Position numbers and translations under genes: made by a program
Source of the DNA: Blastocatellia bacterium
GTDB taxonomy: Bacteria; Acidobacteriota; Blastocatellia; RBC074
Assembly: GCA_035560235.1 (NCBI GenBank)
Contig: DATMAG010000120.1
Span: 3,930-67,929, forward strand
DNA length: 64,000 bases
Direction: 5' to 3'
Notes under the pieces: model-generated
What the model was told of the DNA's origin: nothing
The model's database searches: none
The model's input: the letters and a program-made list of their open reading frames with translations, nothing else
Part shown: piece by piece, positions 1 to 12,214 of the stretch
Position numbering within the stretch: the stretch's first letter is position 1
Layout: the number at the start of each line of letters is the position of its first letter

Positions 1-582
1 ACCGCCGGGTGCGCGAGTCCCGCGTAAGTGCCGCGCAGCTTTTCGGGCACTGCCGGATGTTGCATCGTGAAGCCTCTGACGTGCAGTTCGTAAATCAGCG
101 TCCGGTGCCAGGGCGTTCGCAGCGGCGCATCGCCTTCCCAGTCGAAGGTTGAATCGGTGACGACACACTTCGGCAGCCCGGCGGCGCTGTCGCGTTCATC
201 ACGCGACAAATCTGCCCGCGGATCACCGATGGTGTAGCCGAAGAGCGCATCGCTCCACTGAATATGGCCGTTGATCGCCCGCGCATACGGATCGAGCAGC
301 AGCTTCGCCGGATTGAAACGATGTCCGGCCTGCGGCTCATACGGCCCGTGAACGCGATAACCATACAGCATTCCCGGCCTGGCGTCGGGCAGATAAACGT
401 GCCAGACGTGATCGGTCTGTTCTCTCACCCGGATGACGTCAGTCTGCCGCGTCGGATCATCACGATCGAAGAGGCATAGCTCAACTGCCGTCGCATTCTC
501 AGAAAAAAGAGCAAAGTTGACCCCGGCACCATCATAAGTCGCGCCGAGCGGGTAAGGTTGTCCAGGCCAGGTTTTCATCATT
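1..582 (-). CDS. glgX: glycogen debranching enzyme GlgX (isoamylase), N-terminal part; gene continues past window start
   Basis: The reverse-complement translation starts MMKTWPGQPYPLGATYDGAGVNFALFSENATAVELCLFD...WHVYLPDARPGMLYGYRVHGPYEPQAGHRFNPAKLLLDPYAR. This matches the conserved GlgX N-terminus (LGA.YDG.GVNF.LFS...VELC.FD; YLPDARPG; GHRFNPAKLL.DP.AR). It is absent from the ORF track because it runs off the edge. Confidence 0.85.
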
Positions 583-699
583 CGGTTTCATCTTTCAGAG
601 ACAGTCTTCGGGCTTCCCGACAGCGGCGACTCAATGAGCAAGCAGCGTTCCAGCGTTCAGATGAATTAACCTCACGGGCGCGGGGCAAAGTGAGTCTGC

Positions 700-791
700 G
701 CCTTCTCAATTTTCAATTCTCAAATCCCGGCAGCAGATTCCTCCCTGCACAATAATGGAGAGTGGAGAGTTGAGAATTGAGAATGGCCGGG
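700..791. repeat. intergenic inverted repeat; arms TTCTCAATTTTCAATTCTCAAATCCCGGC / CCGGG...TTGAGAATTGAGAA
   Basis: Arms at 703-731 and 753-791 are reverse-complementary. A related single arm lies at 41936-41972. Confidence 0.5.
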
Positions 792-976
792 TGCTTTACA
801 CTCCTGCGCTGAACAATGCCGCTGCCGGGTGCTGCGCTGATCGTACAGTTTCAGCATGGCGTTTGCAGCACTGGCGTGAGAAAGGCTGAACTGTTCTGTT
901 CCTTAGCCCGGGTCTGGTCAGAACAGTACAGTTTGTGTATCGCCGCGGAACAGCGGCCTGGAATGATTAAGACAGA

Positions 977-1675
977 ATGAACCATCAGAACGGCAGGAGA
1001 GGAACAATCCGTAAAGCAGAGCCGCAGAGTGAAATCGTGCGGCGAAATTTCCAGGCAGTCACTGAAATGCAGCAGCGCACCGATGCGGCGCGCTCAAAGC
1101 AGGAGCGCATTGCTGACTGGATTACGATGTTCTCCGGTTCGATGGGCTTCGTTTATCTTCACGCCATCTGGTTTGCGGTCTGGATTCTGCTCAATGTCGG
1201 GCTGCTGGATATTCCGTATCTGACGCAGTTCGATCCGTATCCGTTTGGGCTGCTGACGCTCGTGGTGTCGCTTGAAGCGATCTTTCTTTCGACCTTCGTG
1301 CTGATTTCACAGAACCGGCAGGCCCGGATTGCCGAGCGGCGCACCGAACTGGATCTGCAGATCAACCTGCTCTCAGAGCAGAAGACGGCCAAGATCATCG
1401 AAATGCTTGATCGCATCGTCGAACAGCTCAATGCGATGAACAACTCCTTTCACGTCCCGCGCGACAGTGAAGCCGCCGCGCTCAAAGTTTCGCCTCAGCC
1501 TGAAGAGGTGATGCAGGTCATTGATGACTGCGCTCAGGAGGAGAATGGACAGGCTGAAGACGACTCTGAGCAAACGCCGGAAGCCTGCGCTGCCCCGCAG
1601 AAATCGGCGCGCAATGAAACCGAAGAGGCTGCTGCCGGAGTTCAGGCAGGAAATCAGAAGGAGCGCCGGGAGTAA
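977..1675 (+). CDS. DUF1003-like membrane protein
   Basis: A 232-aa ORF with two central TM helices (FVYLHAIWFAVWILLNVGLLD; FGLLTLVVSLEAIFLSTFVLISQNR) followed by a coiled-coil. This layout is typical of DUF1003. Confidence 0.5.
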   Translation: MNHQNGRRGTIRKAEPQSEIVRRNFQAVTEMQQRTDAARSKQERIADWITMFSGSMGFVYLHAIWFAVWILLNVGLLDIPYLTQFDPYPFGLLTLVVSLEAIFLSTFVLISQNRQARIAERRTELDLQINLLSEQKTAKIIEMLDRIVEQLNAMNNSFHVPRDSEAAALKVSPQPEEVMQVIDDCAQEENGQAEDDSEQTPEACAAPQKSARNETEEAAAGVQAGNQKERRE

Positions 1676-1680
1676 ACGAA

Positions 1681-3123
1681 ATGCCCGTCACCGCGGATCC
1701 TGTTTCAGAGGACAAGAAACCTGAGTCTGTTTCAGCCGAACCACTGCGGCGGGCGCTGGATGAGGCAAAAAGAGAGGCGCAGTCGTCAGGAACTTTTTCG
1801 CGGCTGCGCGGCCTGATCTGGACGCAGTGGCTGTGGCTGCTGATTCAGGCAGCCGAGCTGACCTGGAAACAATGGCTCGGCCTGATCGCCCTGCTGACAG
1901 CCGCCTTCATCCTCTGGCTCTTCCGGCCCATCGAAAAGGAGCCGGAATACGGCCTCGATCACGAATTCGCCATCGCTTCAGATGAATTCCTGCCTTCGAT
2001 TTCCGGCGCAACCGACACGCCTTTTCTGCCGGGCAACCGGATAGACATTCTCAACAACGGCGATCAGTTCTATCCGGCCATGCTCACGGCCATCAGTCAG
2101 GCACAGCAGTCAATCACGATTGAAGCATACATTTACTGGGCCGGAGAGATCGGACGCCGCTTTGCCGAAGCCCTGGCAGCAAAGGCGCGCGCCGGGCTGC
2201 CGGTCAGAATCCTGCTCGATGCCGTCGGCTCGGCCACGATCAGCGATGAGATTCTCAGCACGCTCAGGGCGGGCGGCTGTCAGGTGGCATGGTATCACCC
2301 GATTCGCTGGTACACGCTCAAACGCACCAACAATCGCACGCATCGCAAATCGCTGATCGTGGACGGGCGGATCGGTTTCACCGGCGGCGCGGGCATTGCG
2401 GATCAGTGGCTCGGCCACGCGCAGGATCCCGAACACTGGCGCGACATTCAGATTCGCATCGAAGGCCCCGCAGTGACGCCGCTGCAAAGCGCCTTCGCCC
2501 GCAACTGGCTGGAAACGACCGGCGAGATGATTTCAGGGCCGCGCTACTATCCGCAGCCCGAACCTGCCGGAACGCTCGCCGTGCAGTCAATTCTCAGCTC
2601 GCCGGAAACAGGCTCCTCGACGGTGCGAACGATGTACTATCTCTCCATCGTCTGCGCCCGCCGGTCAATCTTCATTGCCAACCCGTACTTCGTGCCGGAC
2701 GAAAACGCGATCAGAATTCTGGTAGCGGCCAGAAAACGCGGCGTGGACGTGAAGATCATGGTTTCCGGACGTTACAACGATAACTGGCTGGCGCGACACA
2801 ACAGCACGCGTTTATACCGAAGACTGCTTGAAGCCGGGGTGGAGATTTATGAATATAACCGGACGATGCTGCATCAGAAGTACATGGTCTGTGACGGCCT
2901 GTGGTCAACTGTCGGGACGACGAACTTCGATAACCGTTCATTCGCGCTCAACGATGAAAACAACGTCTGCGTTTATGACCGCGCCTTCGCCGCACAGTGG
3001 GAAGAGATTTTTCGGCAGGATCTGATCGCCGCTGCCCGCGTCACCTTTGAAGACTGGCAGAGCCGCGGACTGCTGAGGAAACTCAGTGAACTCATTGCCG
3101 CGCTCCTGCAGGATCAGGTCTGA
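1681..3123 (+). CDS. cls: cardiolipin synthase (PLD family)
   Basis: Two HKD motifs (HRKSLIVDG and HQKYMVCDG) and N-terminal TM helices; 480 aa. Confidence 0.85.
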   Translation: MPVTADPVSEDKKPESVSAEPLRRALDEAKREAQSSGTFSRLRGLIWTQWLWLLIQAAELTWKQWLGLIALLTAAFILWLFRPIEKEPEYGLDHEFAIASDEFLPSISGATDTPFLPGNRIDILNNGDQFYPAMLTAISQAQQSITIEAYIYWAGEIGRRFAEALAAKARAGLPVRILLDAVGSATISDEILSTLRAGGCQVAWYHPIRWYTLKRTNNRTHRKSLIVDGRIGFTGGAGIADQWLGHAQDPEHWRDIQIRIEGPAVTPLQSAFARNWLETTGEMISGPRYYPQPEPAGTLAVQSILSSPETGSSTVRTMYYLSIVCARRSIFIANPYFVPDENAIRILVAARKRGVDVKIMVSGRYNDNWLARHNSTRLYRRLLEAGVEIYEYNRTMLHQKYMVCDGLWSTVGTTNFDNRSFALNDENNVCVYDRAFAAQWEEIFRQDLIAAARVTFEDWQSRGLLRKLSELIAALLQDQV

Positions 3124-3150
3124 GGAGCGACAGCTTCAGAAAGTGAAATC

Positions 3151-4014
3151 ATGTCAGAACCGGACAAGCCCGATCATCTCACGCTCTCTTATCTCAATCC
3201 GCAGTTTCTCAAAAGCCCGCCCGCCAGAGCGATTCGCATTCTGGCCGAATATCTGGAACCGGCGGAACGACTGCACCGGGCGCGGGTGCGCGACACGATT
3301 GTCTTTTTCGGGTCGGCGCGTTCGATCTCTCCCGAAGAGGCCGGGCAGCGAATGACCGCTGCGAGAGCCGCGATTGAACAGGCCGACACACTCACGCCCG
3401 AACTGGCCGAGGCGGAGCGGCGCGCTGAAGCTGCCGTCAGATTGTCGCGTTACTATCAGGACGCGGTCGAACTGGCGCGCCGGATGACGGCCTGGTCGAA
3501 GTCGCTGACGAGCAACCGCCATTTCATCATCTGTTCAGGCGGTTCGGGCGGGATGATGGAGGCCGCCAATCGCGGCGCTTCGCTGGCCGGTGGCCGCTCG
3601 ATCGGGCTGCACATTCATCTTTCGACCGAAGAGGATGTCAACCCTTACGTCTCGCGCGATCTGATCTTCACGTTTCACTACTTCTTCATGCGCAAGTTCT
3701 GGTTCGTCTATCCGGCCAAGGCGCTGGTGATCTTTCCCGGCGGGTTCGGAACGATGGATGAACTCTTTGAAGTGCTGACGCTGATTCAGACCCGAAAGCC
3801 GAGCAAGACGATGCCGGTGGTGCTGTTTGGCGCGCAGTTCTGGAATGAAATCGTCAACTTCGAAGCGATGGCGCGCTGGGGCGTCATCAGCCCGGCTGAT
3901 CTCAGCCTCTTTCTCAGAACCGATTCGGTTGATGAAGCTTTTACATATCTGACGACCCGGCTTGAGGAACTCTATCTCTCACCTGAAAAGCTCGATGAAG
4001 TGAAGCTCACCTGA
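3151..4014 (+). CDS. LOG-family (TIGR00730) Rossmann-fold protein / cytokinin riboside 5'-monophosphate phosphoribohydrolase-like
   Basis: GGGSGGMMEAANRGA and PGGFGTMDELFE motifs. Confidence 0.7.
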   Translation: MSEPDKPDHLTLSYLNPQFLKSPPARAIRILAEYLEPAERLHRARVRDTIVFFGSARSISPEEAGQRMTAARAAIEQADTLTPELAEAERRAEAAVRLSRYYQDAVELARRMTAWSKSLTSNRHFIICSGGSGGMMEAANRGASLAGGRSIGLHIHLSTEEDVNPYVSRDLIFTFHYFFMRKFWFVYPAKALVIFPGGFGTMDELFEVLTLIQTRKPSKTMPVVLFGAQFWNEIVNFEAMARWGVISPADLSLFLRTDSVDEAFTYLTTRLEELYLSPEKLDEVKLT

Positions 4015-4261
4015 AATCCATCGGCACATCGTTTGCTCATTTGAAAGAGCAGCACAACGAGACAACAAAGAAAGTCGGAGAGTGCGCAGTCAGCGTTAGT
4101 TCTCAGATTCGTTGCGGGATTTTCCATTCGCCGATGAGTGTAATTGCTCACCAGCGAATGTAATTTCACGGTACGGCCTGTTCTGATTCAGGTCGTGCTG
4201 CTGCACGAATCATAACGACTTTATTCCGGATGTTCACTGAATCTTTGCCGGGGGAATCAAC

Positions 4262-4837
4262 ATGATTCTGGTTATGAAACAAAACTGGTGGATGCTGGCG
4301 TTGCGCGGACTGGCAGGGGTGCTGTTCGGACTGGCGACTTTCATCTGGCCGGGAGTCACACTGCTTGCGCTGATGACGCTGTTCGGCGTCTATGCGCTGG
4401 TGGACGGAATCCTTGCGCTGATTGCAGCGTTCAGTCGCGACACTGAACGACATCGCTGGTGGGCGCTGCTGGCCGAAGGGCTGGCGGGCATAGCCATTGC
4501 CATTATCACCTTCATCTGGCCCGGCATCACGGCATTCGGGCTGGTGTATCTGATCGCCTTCTGGGCCTTCGTAACCGGCATCTTTGAAATCATCACCGCC
4601 ATCAGACTGCGCCGCGAAATCACGGGCGAATGGCTGATGGGGCTGGCCGGAGTGCTGTCAATTCTCTTCGCTGTGCTGCTGGCAATCTGGCCGCTGGCCG
4701 GCGCTCTTTCAGTGTTGTGGCTGATCGGCGCTTACGCAATCTTTTTCGGCGGGCTGATGATTGCGCTCGCCTTCAGGCTGCGCGGCAGACGCGAACCGGG
4801 CGATCAGATTCATCACACTCCGGCAGCAGTTCATTGA
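4262..4837 (+). CDS. HdeD/DUF308-like acid-resistance membrane protein
   Basis: Repeated short TM units with W/G pattern (LAGVLFGLATFIWPG...; GLAGIAIAIITFIWPGITAFG...). Confidence 0.55.
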   Translation: MILVMKQNWWMLALRGLAGVLFGLATFIWPGVTLLALMTLFGVYALVDGILALIAAFSRDTERHRWWALLAEGLAGIAIAIITFIWPGITAFGLVYLIAFWAFVTGIFEIITAIRLRREITGEWLMGLAGVLSILFAVLLAIWPLAGALSVLWLIGAYAIFFGGLMIALAFRLRGRREPGDQIHHTPAAVH

Positions 4838-4839
4838 AC

Positions 4840-4880
4840 CCCCGGGAGCGCGAGCTTCCCGCTCCCGGGCAGTGATTTTT
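4840..4880 (+). terminator. rho-independent terminator candidate
   Basis: CCCGGGAGCG-cgagcttcc-CGCTCCCGGG hairpin followed by a GATTTTT tract, directly after the stop of the HdeD-like gene. Confidence 0.5.
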
Positions 4881-4894
4881 GAACGAGGCGGATT

Positions 4895-6802
<1,908 letters not shown>

Positions 6803-6998
6803 TGAGCGCGGCGACGGGCTTCGGTTCGCTGCTGACTGACTGATGCCGTCATTCAGGATGCGAAGGTTACCGGTGAGGCCGGGCCTCTGTTGTCTCAACA
6901 AAGGCGGCGCAGCCGGGCCATCGTTCATCGGGAATGGCCTCTCAGCCGGACAGCAGCGAACTGAGGGTGAACCAGACAGCGTTAACGACGGGGATGTG

Positions 6999-7487
6999 AT
7001 GCCTGATCAGCCTCCGGAAAATTCGGGCCAGGCCAGAGCTGAAACGCCTGATGAAAACGATCAGCTCAGAGCCGAACTCAATCGCGAACGCGAGATGCGC
7101 TTGCGCGCCCTGGCCGATTTTGACAACTACCGCAAGCGCGTCGAACGCGAACGCGAGAGCGCGGCGCAGGCGGGCAAACGTCAGCTTGTCATGTCGCTGC
7201 TTGAGGTCATGGACAATTTCGAGCGCGCGCTCGCTCACACCCGCGAATCACCCGAAGCAGTCGCCGAAGGCCTGCGCGCCATTTACAGACGAATGCTCAG
7301 TGTCCTTGAAGCGCAGGGCATCACTTCGTTTGAAAGCGTGGGCGAGAGCTTCGATCCCGCGCTGCACGAAGCAATTGGTACCGTGGCCAGCGATCAGCCG
7401 TCAGGCACGATTCTCGATGAACTGAGTCGCGGCTGGCGCTGGGGCGATGAGATCCTGCGCCCGGCCCGCGTCAGAGTAGCTGAATAG
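6999..7487 (+). CDS. grpE: nucleotide exchange factor GrpE
   Basis: The DFDNYRKR...MDNFERAL core is present. The likely start is the internal ATG at 6999 (the ORF track begins at 6843). Confidence 0.85.
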   Translation: MPDQPPENSGQARAETPDENDQLRAELNREREMRLRALADFDNYRKRVERERESAAQAGKRQLVMSLLEVMDNFERALAHTRESPEAVAEGLRAIYRRMLSVLEAQGITSFESVGESFDPALHEAIGTVASDQPSGTILDELSRGWRWGDEILRPARVRVAE

Positions 7488-7580
7488 TGGTTAGTGGTCA
7501 GTGGTTAGTGATAAGCAGCCGAACTTCAAAGGCTCGAATCCGGCCACTGACCACTAACCACTGACCACTGACCACTAACC
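7487..7580. repeat. long imperfect hairpin built from GTGGTYA heptamer repeats (grpE-dnaJ spacer)
   Basis: Left arm TGGTTAGTGGTCAGTGGTTAGTG (7488-7510); right arm CCACTGACCACTAACCACTGACCACTGACCACTAACC (7544-7580). A second copy of (GTGGTCA)x4 lies at 22015-22047. Confidence 0.7.
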
Positions 7581-7581
7581 T

Positions 7582-8616
7582 ATGGCAGTCAGGTTCCGCG
7601 ATTACTACGAAGTCCTCGGCGTCGCCCGCGCGGCGAGTGAGGATGAGATCAAGAAGGCGTATCGCAAGCTGGCCCGCAAATATCACCCCGACGTCAACCC
7701 GAACGACAAAGAAGCTGAAGAGAAGTTCAAGGAGATCAGCGAGGCTTACGAGGTTCTCTCCGATCCGGAAAAACGCCAGCGTTACGATCAGCTCGGCGCG
7801 AACTGGAAGGCAGGTTCGGACTTCACGCCGCCGCCCGGCTGGGAGAATGTGCGCGTTGAATACGGCGATTTCGGCGATCTCTTCGGCGGCATGGGCGGGC
7901 GCGGCGCGGGCGGGTTCAGTGACTTCTTTGAAAGCCTGTTCGGCGGCAGGCGCGGCGCACGCGGTGGCGCGGGCTTTGCCATGCGCGGGCAGGACATCGA
8001 AGCCGCAATCGAACTCACGCTCGAAGAGGCTCATCGCGGCACAACACGCACGATCACCTTGCCGACCACAGTTCCATGTCCGACCTGCCAGGGCAGCGGC
8101 ATACAGAACAGCAAGCCCTGTCCGACCTGTCGCGGCGCCGGTGTCGTGCCGCAGCCGAAGACTCTGGATGTGAACATTCCCGCCGGAGTGCGCGAAGGCT
8201 CGGTCATTCGCCTGGCCGGTCAGGGCGAAGCGGGAACACGCAACGCGCCGCCGGGTGATCTGCTGCTGCGCGTGCGCCTCGCGCCGCACCGGCTCTTCAC
8301 CGTTACCGGCGAAGGCGACATTCAGCTTGATCTGCCCGTTGCGCCCTGGGAAGCGGCGCTTGGAGCAAAGGTCAGCGTGCCGACGCTCGATGGTTCGGTT
8401 GAGATGACGATTCCTGCCGGAGCGCAGGGCGGCAGGCGCTTGCGGCTGCGCGGGCAGGGCCTGAATCGCCGTGGCGGCGGGCGCGGCGATGAATACGTCA
8501 GACTGAAGATCGTCATTCCGCCCAATCCGACTGACAGCGAAAGGCAGTTGTTTGAGAAACTCGCCGCCGAATCGCGCTTCAATCCGCGCGACCTGATGAA
8601 CGGAGCCGGAAGATGA
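7582..8616 (+). CDS. dnaJ: DnaJ/CbpA-family J-domain co-chaperone with a single CxxCxGxG pair
   Basis: J-domain DYYEVLGV...HPD, a G/F-rich region, and only two CxxCxGxG repeats ([16 protein letters not shown]) instead of four. Confidence 0.85.
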   Translation: MAVRFRDYYEVLGVARAASEDEIKKAYRKLARKYHPDVNPNDKEAEEKFKEISEAYEVLSDPEKRQRYDQLGANWKAGSDFTPPPGWENVRVEYGDFGDLFGGMGGRGAGGFSDFFESLFGGRRGARGGAGFAMRGQDIEAAIELTLEEAHRGTTRTITLPTTVPCPTCQGSGIQNSKPCPTCRGAGVVPQPKTLDVNIPAGVREGSVIRLAGQGEAGTRNAPPGDLLLRVRLAPHRLFTVTGEGDIQLDLPVAPWEAALGAKVSVPTLDGSVEMTIPAGAQGGRRLRLRGQGLNRRGGGRGDEYVRLKIVIPPNPTDSERQLFEKLAAESRFNPRDLMNGAGR

Positions 8617-8924
8617 CCGAGATGCAATACCAGATCACGCTCTGCCGGGCCCGGAGCGAACAACTGACGCTCGACGCGCTCGCCGTCTGCACCGGCCTTC
8701 ACCCCGGGCTGATTGAACGCTTCGTTGAATACGGACTGCTCGAACCCGAATGCGCCAGCCCGCAGCGGCTCTTCAGCGCTTCGTGCATTGCGCGCCTGCG
8801 CACGATTGAAAGACTGCGCCGTGATCTCGGCGCCAACCTGGCGGGCGTGGCCATCATCCTCGATCTGCTTGACCGGATGAATGCCCTGCAGCGCGAAGTT
8901 GAAAGGCTGCGCAGTCAGTTCTGA
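8613..8924 (+). CDS. MerR-family regulator, CbpM/HspR-like
   Basis: A 103-aa ORF overlapping the dnaJ stop, with an N-terminal MerR-type HTH. The C-terminus ([29 protein letters not shown]) resembles CbpM. Confidence 0.55.
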   Translation: MTEMQYQITLCRARSEQLTLDALAVCTGLHPGLIERFVEYGLLEPECASPQRLFSASCIARLRTIERLRRDLGANLAGVAIILDLLDRMNALQREVERLRSQF

Positions 8925-8947
8925 GCCTGAATCTCTGATGAGGTGGA

Positions 8948-11590
8948 TTGATGGACATCAATCGTTTCACTGAAAAGGCACAACAGGCGCTGAGCGCGGC
9001 GCAGACCAGAGCGGCGCGTTACAGTCATCAGCAGGTGGATGTGGAGCACCTGCTCGCGGCGCTGCTCGAACAGGAGCGCGGACTGGCCGTTTCGATTTTC
9101 ACCAAAGCCGGAATTCACGCCGACGATCTGAAACGCCGCGTCGAACAGGAGCTTGAGCGGATGCCGAAAGTCTCAGGCCCGTCGGGCGCGCCAGATCAGA
9201 TCTATGTCACGGCGCGCCTGAACCGCCTGCTCGCGCAGGCTGAAGATGAAGCCGCGAGGCTCAAAGACGATTACATCTCGGTCGAACATCTGCTGCTCGC
9301 AATGACCGATGATTCCGGCACGACCGGGCGCATCCTGAAAGAGTTCGGCGTCACGCGCGACCGGCTGATGCGCGCCTTGCAGGAGGTGCGCGGCAATCAG
9401 CGCGTCACTTCGCAGAATCCTGAAGCGACTTATGAAGCGCTCGAACGTTACGGGCGCGACCTGACGCAGTACGCGGCGAAGGGCAAGCTCGATCCGGTGA
9501 TCGGACGCGATGATGAAATCCGCCGCACGATTCAGGTGCTTTCGCGTCGCACCAAGAACAATCCGGTGCTGATTGGTGAACCGGGCGTCGGCAAGACCGC
9601 GATTGTTGAAGGACTCGCGCAGCGCATCGTGCGCGGTGATGTGCCGGAAGGATTGAAGGATAAAAAGATCGTCGCGCTCGATATGGGCGCGCTGATTGCA
9701 GGCGCAAAGTATCGCGGCGAATTTGAGGAGCGGCTCAAGGCCGTGCTGAAGGAAGTTCAGGAATCGCAGGGCGGCATCATCCTGTTCATTGACGAACTGC
9801 ACACGGTTGTCGGCGCGGGCAGGGCCGAAGGCGCTATGGATGCGGGCAACCTGCTCAAGCCGATGCTCGCGCGCGGCGAACTGCACTGCATCGGCGCGAC
9901 AACGCTCGATGAATACCGTCAGCATATTGAAAAGGACGCCGCGCTCGAACGCCGCTTTCAGCCGGTGCTCGTGGATCAGCCTTCGGTTGAGGACACGATT
10001 TCGATTCTGCGCGGCCTGAAGGAGCGTTACGAAGTGCATCACGGCGTGCGCATTCGCGATTCGGCGCTCGTTGCGGCGGCGGTGCTGTCGAATCGTTATA
10101 TCACCGAACGCTTTCTGCCCGACAAGGCGATTGACCTGGTGGATGAGGCGGCGGCGAAGCTGCGCACCGAGATTGATTCGATGCCGACTGATCTTGATGA
10201 AATCTCGCGGCGCGTGATGCAGCTTGAAATCGAACAGGCGGCGCTGAAGAAAGAGACCGACCCGGCCTCGAAGGAGCGGTTGCAGAAACTTGAAAAGGAA
10301 CTCGCTGAGCTGAAGTCGCAGGCCGATGCGCTGCGCGCGCAGTGGCAGGTCGAAAAACAGAGCGTGCAGCGACTGCGCAGCCTGCGCGAACAGATCGAAC
10401 AGACGCGCATTGAAATCGAGCAGGCCGAACGACAGTACGATCTGAACCGCGCCGCTGAACTGCGCTACGGTCGTCTGGCCGAGCTTGAACGAAAGCTTCA
10501 GGCTGAAGAGGAGATGCTGACGAAGAAGCAGAACACATCGCGGCTGATTCGCGAAGAGGTTGACGAAGAGGATATCGCGCAGGTCGTCAGTCGCTGGACG
10601 GGCGTGCCTGTCTCGAAACTGCTCGAAGGCGAAGTGCAGAAGCTGCTCACGCTCGAAGACGAACTGCATCGGCGCGTGATCGGGCAGGATGAAGCTGTGA
10701 CTGCCGTGGCCGAAGCCGTCATTCGCGCGCGGTCGGGACTCAAGGACCCGAATCGTCCGATTGGTTCGTTTATTTTTCTCGGCCCGACCGGCGTGGGCAA
10801 AACGGAACTCGCGCGGGCGCTCGCGGAATTTCTCTTCGATGACGAACACGCGATGATCCGGATTGATATGTCCGAGTATCAGGAGAAGCACACCGTTGCA
10901 CGGCTGATTGGCGCGCCGCCGGGTTATGTCGGTTATGAAGAAGGCGGGCAGCTGACTGAAGCCGTCCGGCGCAGGCCGTATTCGGTGATTCTCTTCGATG
11001 AAATCGAAAAGGCGCATCACGATGTCTTCAATGTGATGCTGCAGATTCTCGATGACGGGCGGCTGACCGACGGTCAGGGGCGTGTGGTCAATTTCAAAAA
11101 CACGCTGGTCATTATGACCTCGAACATCGGCAGTCAGCGCATTCTGGAATATCGCGGCGCGTTTGCGGGCGAAGGCTACGAGCGCATGAAGGAAGCGGTG
11201 CTGGAAGAGATGCGCCATTACTTCCGGCCCGAATTTCTCAATCGCGTGGATGAGATCATCGTCTTTCACGCGCTCTCTGAAGAGCACCTCAAGCAGATCG
11301 TCGAGATTCAGCTTGGCCGGTTGCGGCAGCGGCTGGAGGAGCGACACATTCAGATCGAACTGACCGACGCGGCGCGCACGCATCTGGTGCAGACCGGGTT
11401 CGATCCGAATTACGGAGCGCGGCCACTCAAACGCGCCATTCAGCGCGAGATTGAAACGCCGCTCGGACGTCGCCTGCTGAAAGGCGAAATCCGCGATGGT
11501 CAGACGGTGCTGATTGATTACGACCCGGCGGGTGGCCTGACCTTCACGCCGCAGACCAGCAGCGCGCAGGAGCGTGTCGCGGCAAGCTGA
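8948..11590 (+). CDS. clpB: ATP-dependent chaperone ClpB
   Basis: Two AAA+ modules ([16 protein letters not shown]), a middle coiled-coil domain and 880 aa. Confidence 0.95.
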   Translation: MMDINRFTEKAQQALSAAQTRAARYSHQQVDVEHLLAALLEQERGLAVSIFTKAGIHADDLKRRVEQELERMPKVSGPSGAPDQIYVTARLNRLLAQAEDEAARLKDDYISVEHLLLAMTDDSGTTGRILKEFGVTRDRLMRALQEVRGNQRVTSQNPEATYEALERYGRDLTQYAAKGKLDPVIGRDDEIRRTIQVLSRRTKNNPVLIGEPGVGKTAIVEGLAQRIVRGDVPEGLKDKKIVALDMGALIAGAKYRGEFEERLKAVLKEVQESQGGIILFIDELHTVVGAGRAEGAMDAGNLLKPMLARGELHCIGATTLDEYRQHIEKDAALERRFQPVLVDQPSVEDTISILRGLKERYEVHHGVRIRDSALVAAAVLSNRYITERFLPDKAIDLVDEAAAKLRTEIDSMPTDLDEISRRVMQLEIEQAALKKETDPASKERLQKLEKELAELKSQADALRAQWQVEKQSVQRLRSLREQIEQTRIEIEQAERQYDLNRAAELRYGRLAELERKLQAEEEMLTKKQNTSRLIREEVDEEDIAQVVSRWTGVPVSKLLEGEVQKLLTLEDELHRRVIGQDEAVTAVAEAVIRARSGLKDPNRPIGSFIFLGPTGVGKTELARALAEFLFDDEHAMIRIDMSEYQEKHTVARLIGAPPGYVGYEEGGQLTEAVRRRPYSVILFDEIEKAHHDVFNVMLQILDDGRLTDGQGRVVNFKNTLVIMTSNIGSQRILEYRGAFAGEGYERMKEAVLEEMRHYFRPEFLNRVDEIIVFHALSEEHLKQIVEIQLGRLRQRLEERHIQIELTDAARTHLVQTGFDPNYGARPLKRAIQREIETPLGRRLLKGEIRDGQTVLIDYDPAGGLTFTPQTSSAQERVAAS

Positions 11591-11857
11591 GGCTGAGGAA
11601 TTGAGTGATGCGTCTCTGAGCAGTCTTTGAAAGTGAAAGCCGAACAGAACACTGATTGAACTGATGCGGCTGATCGGCACAGACCAGAATCCGTACCAGT
11701 CAGTTCTGTCTGTTTCATCCGTGTTCTATTCAGGCTCAGCAGAATGGACTGCGGATTGAACGGATGCGACGGATTGATGCTGATCCGCTGCAGCTGTCTC
11801 ATCCGTATTCCATTCCGCGTCGAGCCGCAACAATTGCATCTGTGAAATGAGCAAACC

Positions 11858-12214
11858 GTGAAGCGAGCAACATCTCTCTTTTTATTTTCCAGCGAAGCCG
11901 CCGCTGAAATGGTCTGGCGACCGCTGGCCGATATTTATCGCACGCGCGACGGCTGGGCAGTCAAGCTCGATCTGGCCGGGGTCTGTCCCGAAGATGTCAC
12001 CGTCGTCACACGCGGATCGCAGGTTTACATCAGTGGTTCACGGCGCGACCGGATCATCGAGGAAGGCTGGAATCTGTATGCGATGGAGATTGCATACTGC
12101 CACTTTGAGCGCGTGATTGAACTGCCTGATGAACTGGAACGCGCAGCCATCAGCCTCGAATGCCGCGAAGGCATGCTGATTGTGCGTCTGGCTCGCAATG
12201 AGGAGAATCAATAA
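11858..12214 (+). CDS. Hsp20/alpha-crystallin family small heat-shock protein
   Basis: ACD-like core (PLADIYRTRDGWAVKLDLAGV...IELP). GTG start; an internal ATG start is possible. Confidence 0.65.
   Translation: MKRATSLFLFSSEAAAEMVWRPLADIYRTRDGWAVKLDLAGVCPEDVTVVTRGSQVYISGSRRDRIIEEGWNLYAMEIAYCHFERVIELPDELERAAISLECREGMLIVRLARNEENQ

Noticed and set aside
4840-4870. Perfect 10-bp inverted repeat 25 nt upstream of dnaK, considered as a CIRCE or HAIR heat-shock operator
   Set aside because: The sequence CCCGGGAGCG-N9-CGCTCCCGGG matches neither CIRCE (TTAGCACTC-N9-GAGTGCTAA) nor HAIR (CTTGAGT-N7-ACTCAAG). It is followed by a T-tract, so it is read as the terminator of the upstream gene.
9173-11680. 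835-aa ORF antisense to clpB. Similar long antisense ORFs occur at 12208-13227, 7498-8289, 16814-17806, 18030-18953, 23703-24653, 24691-25470, 35736-36539 and 39440-39958.
   Set aside because: Each is antisense to a gene with strong motif support. The translations are Arg/Ala/His-rich low-complexity text, as expected from high-GC antisense frames.
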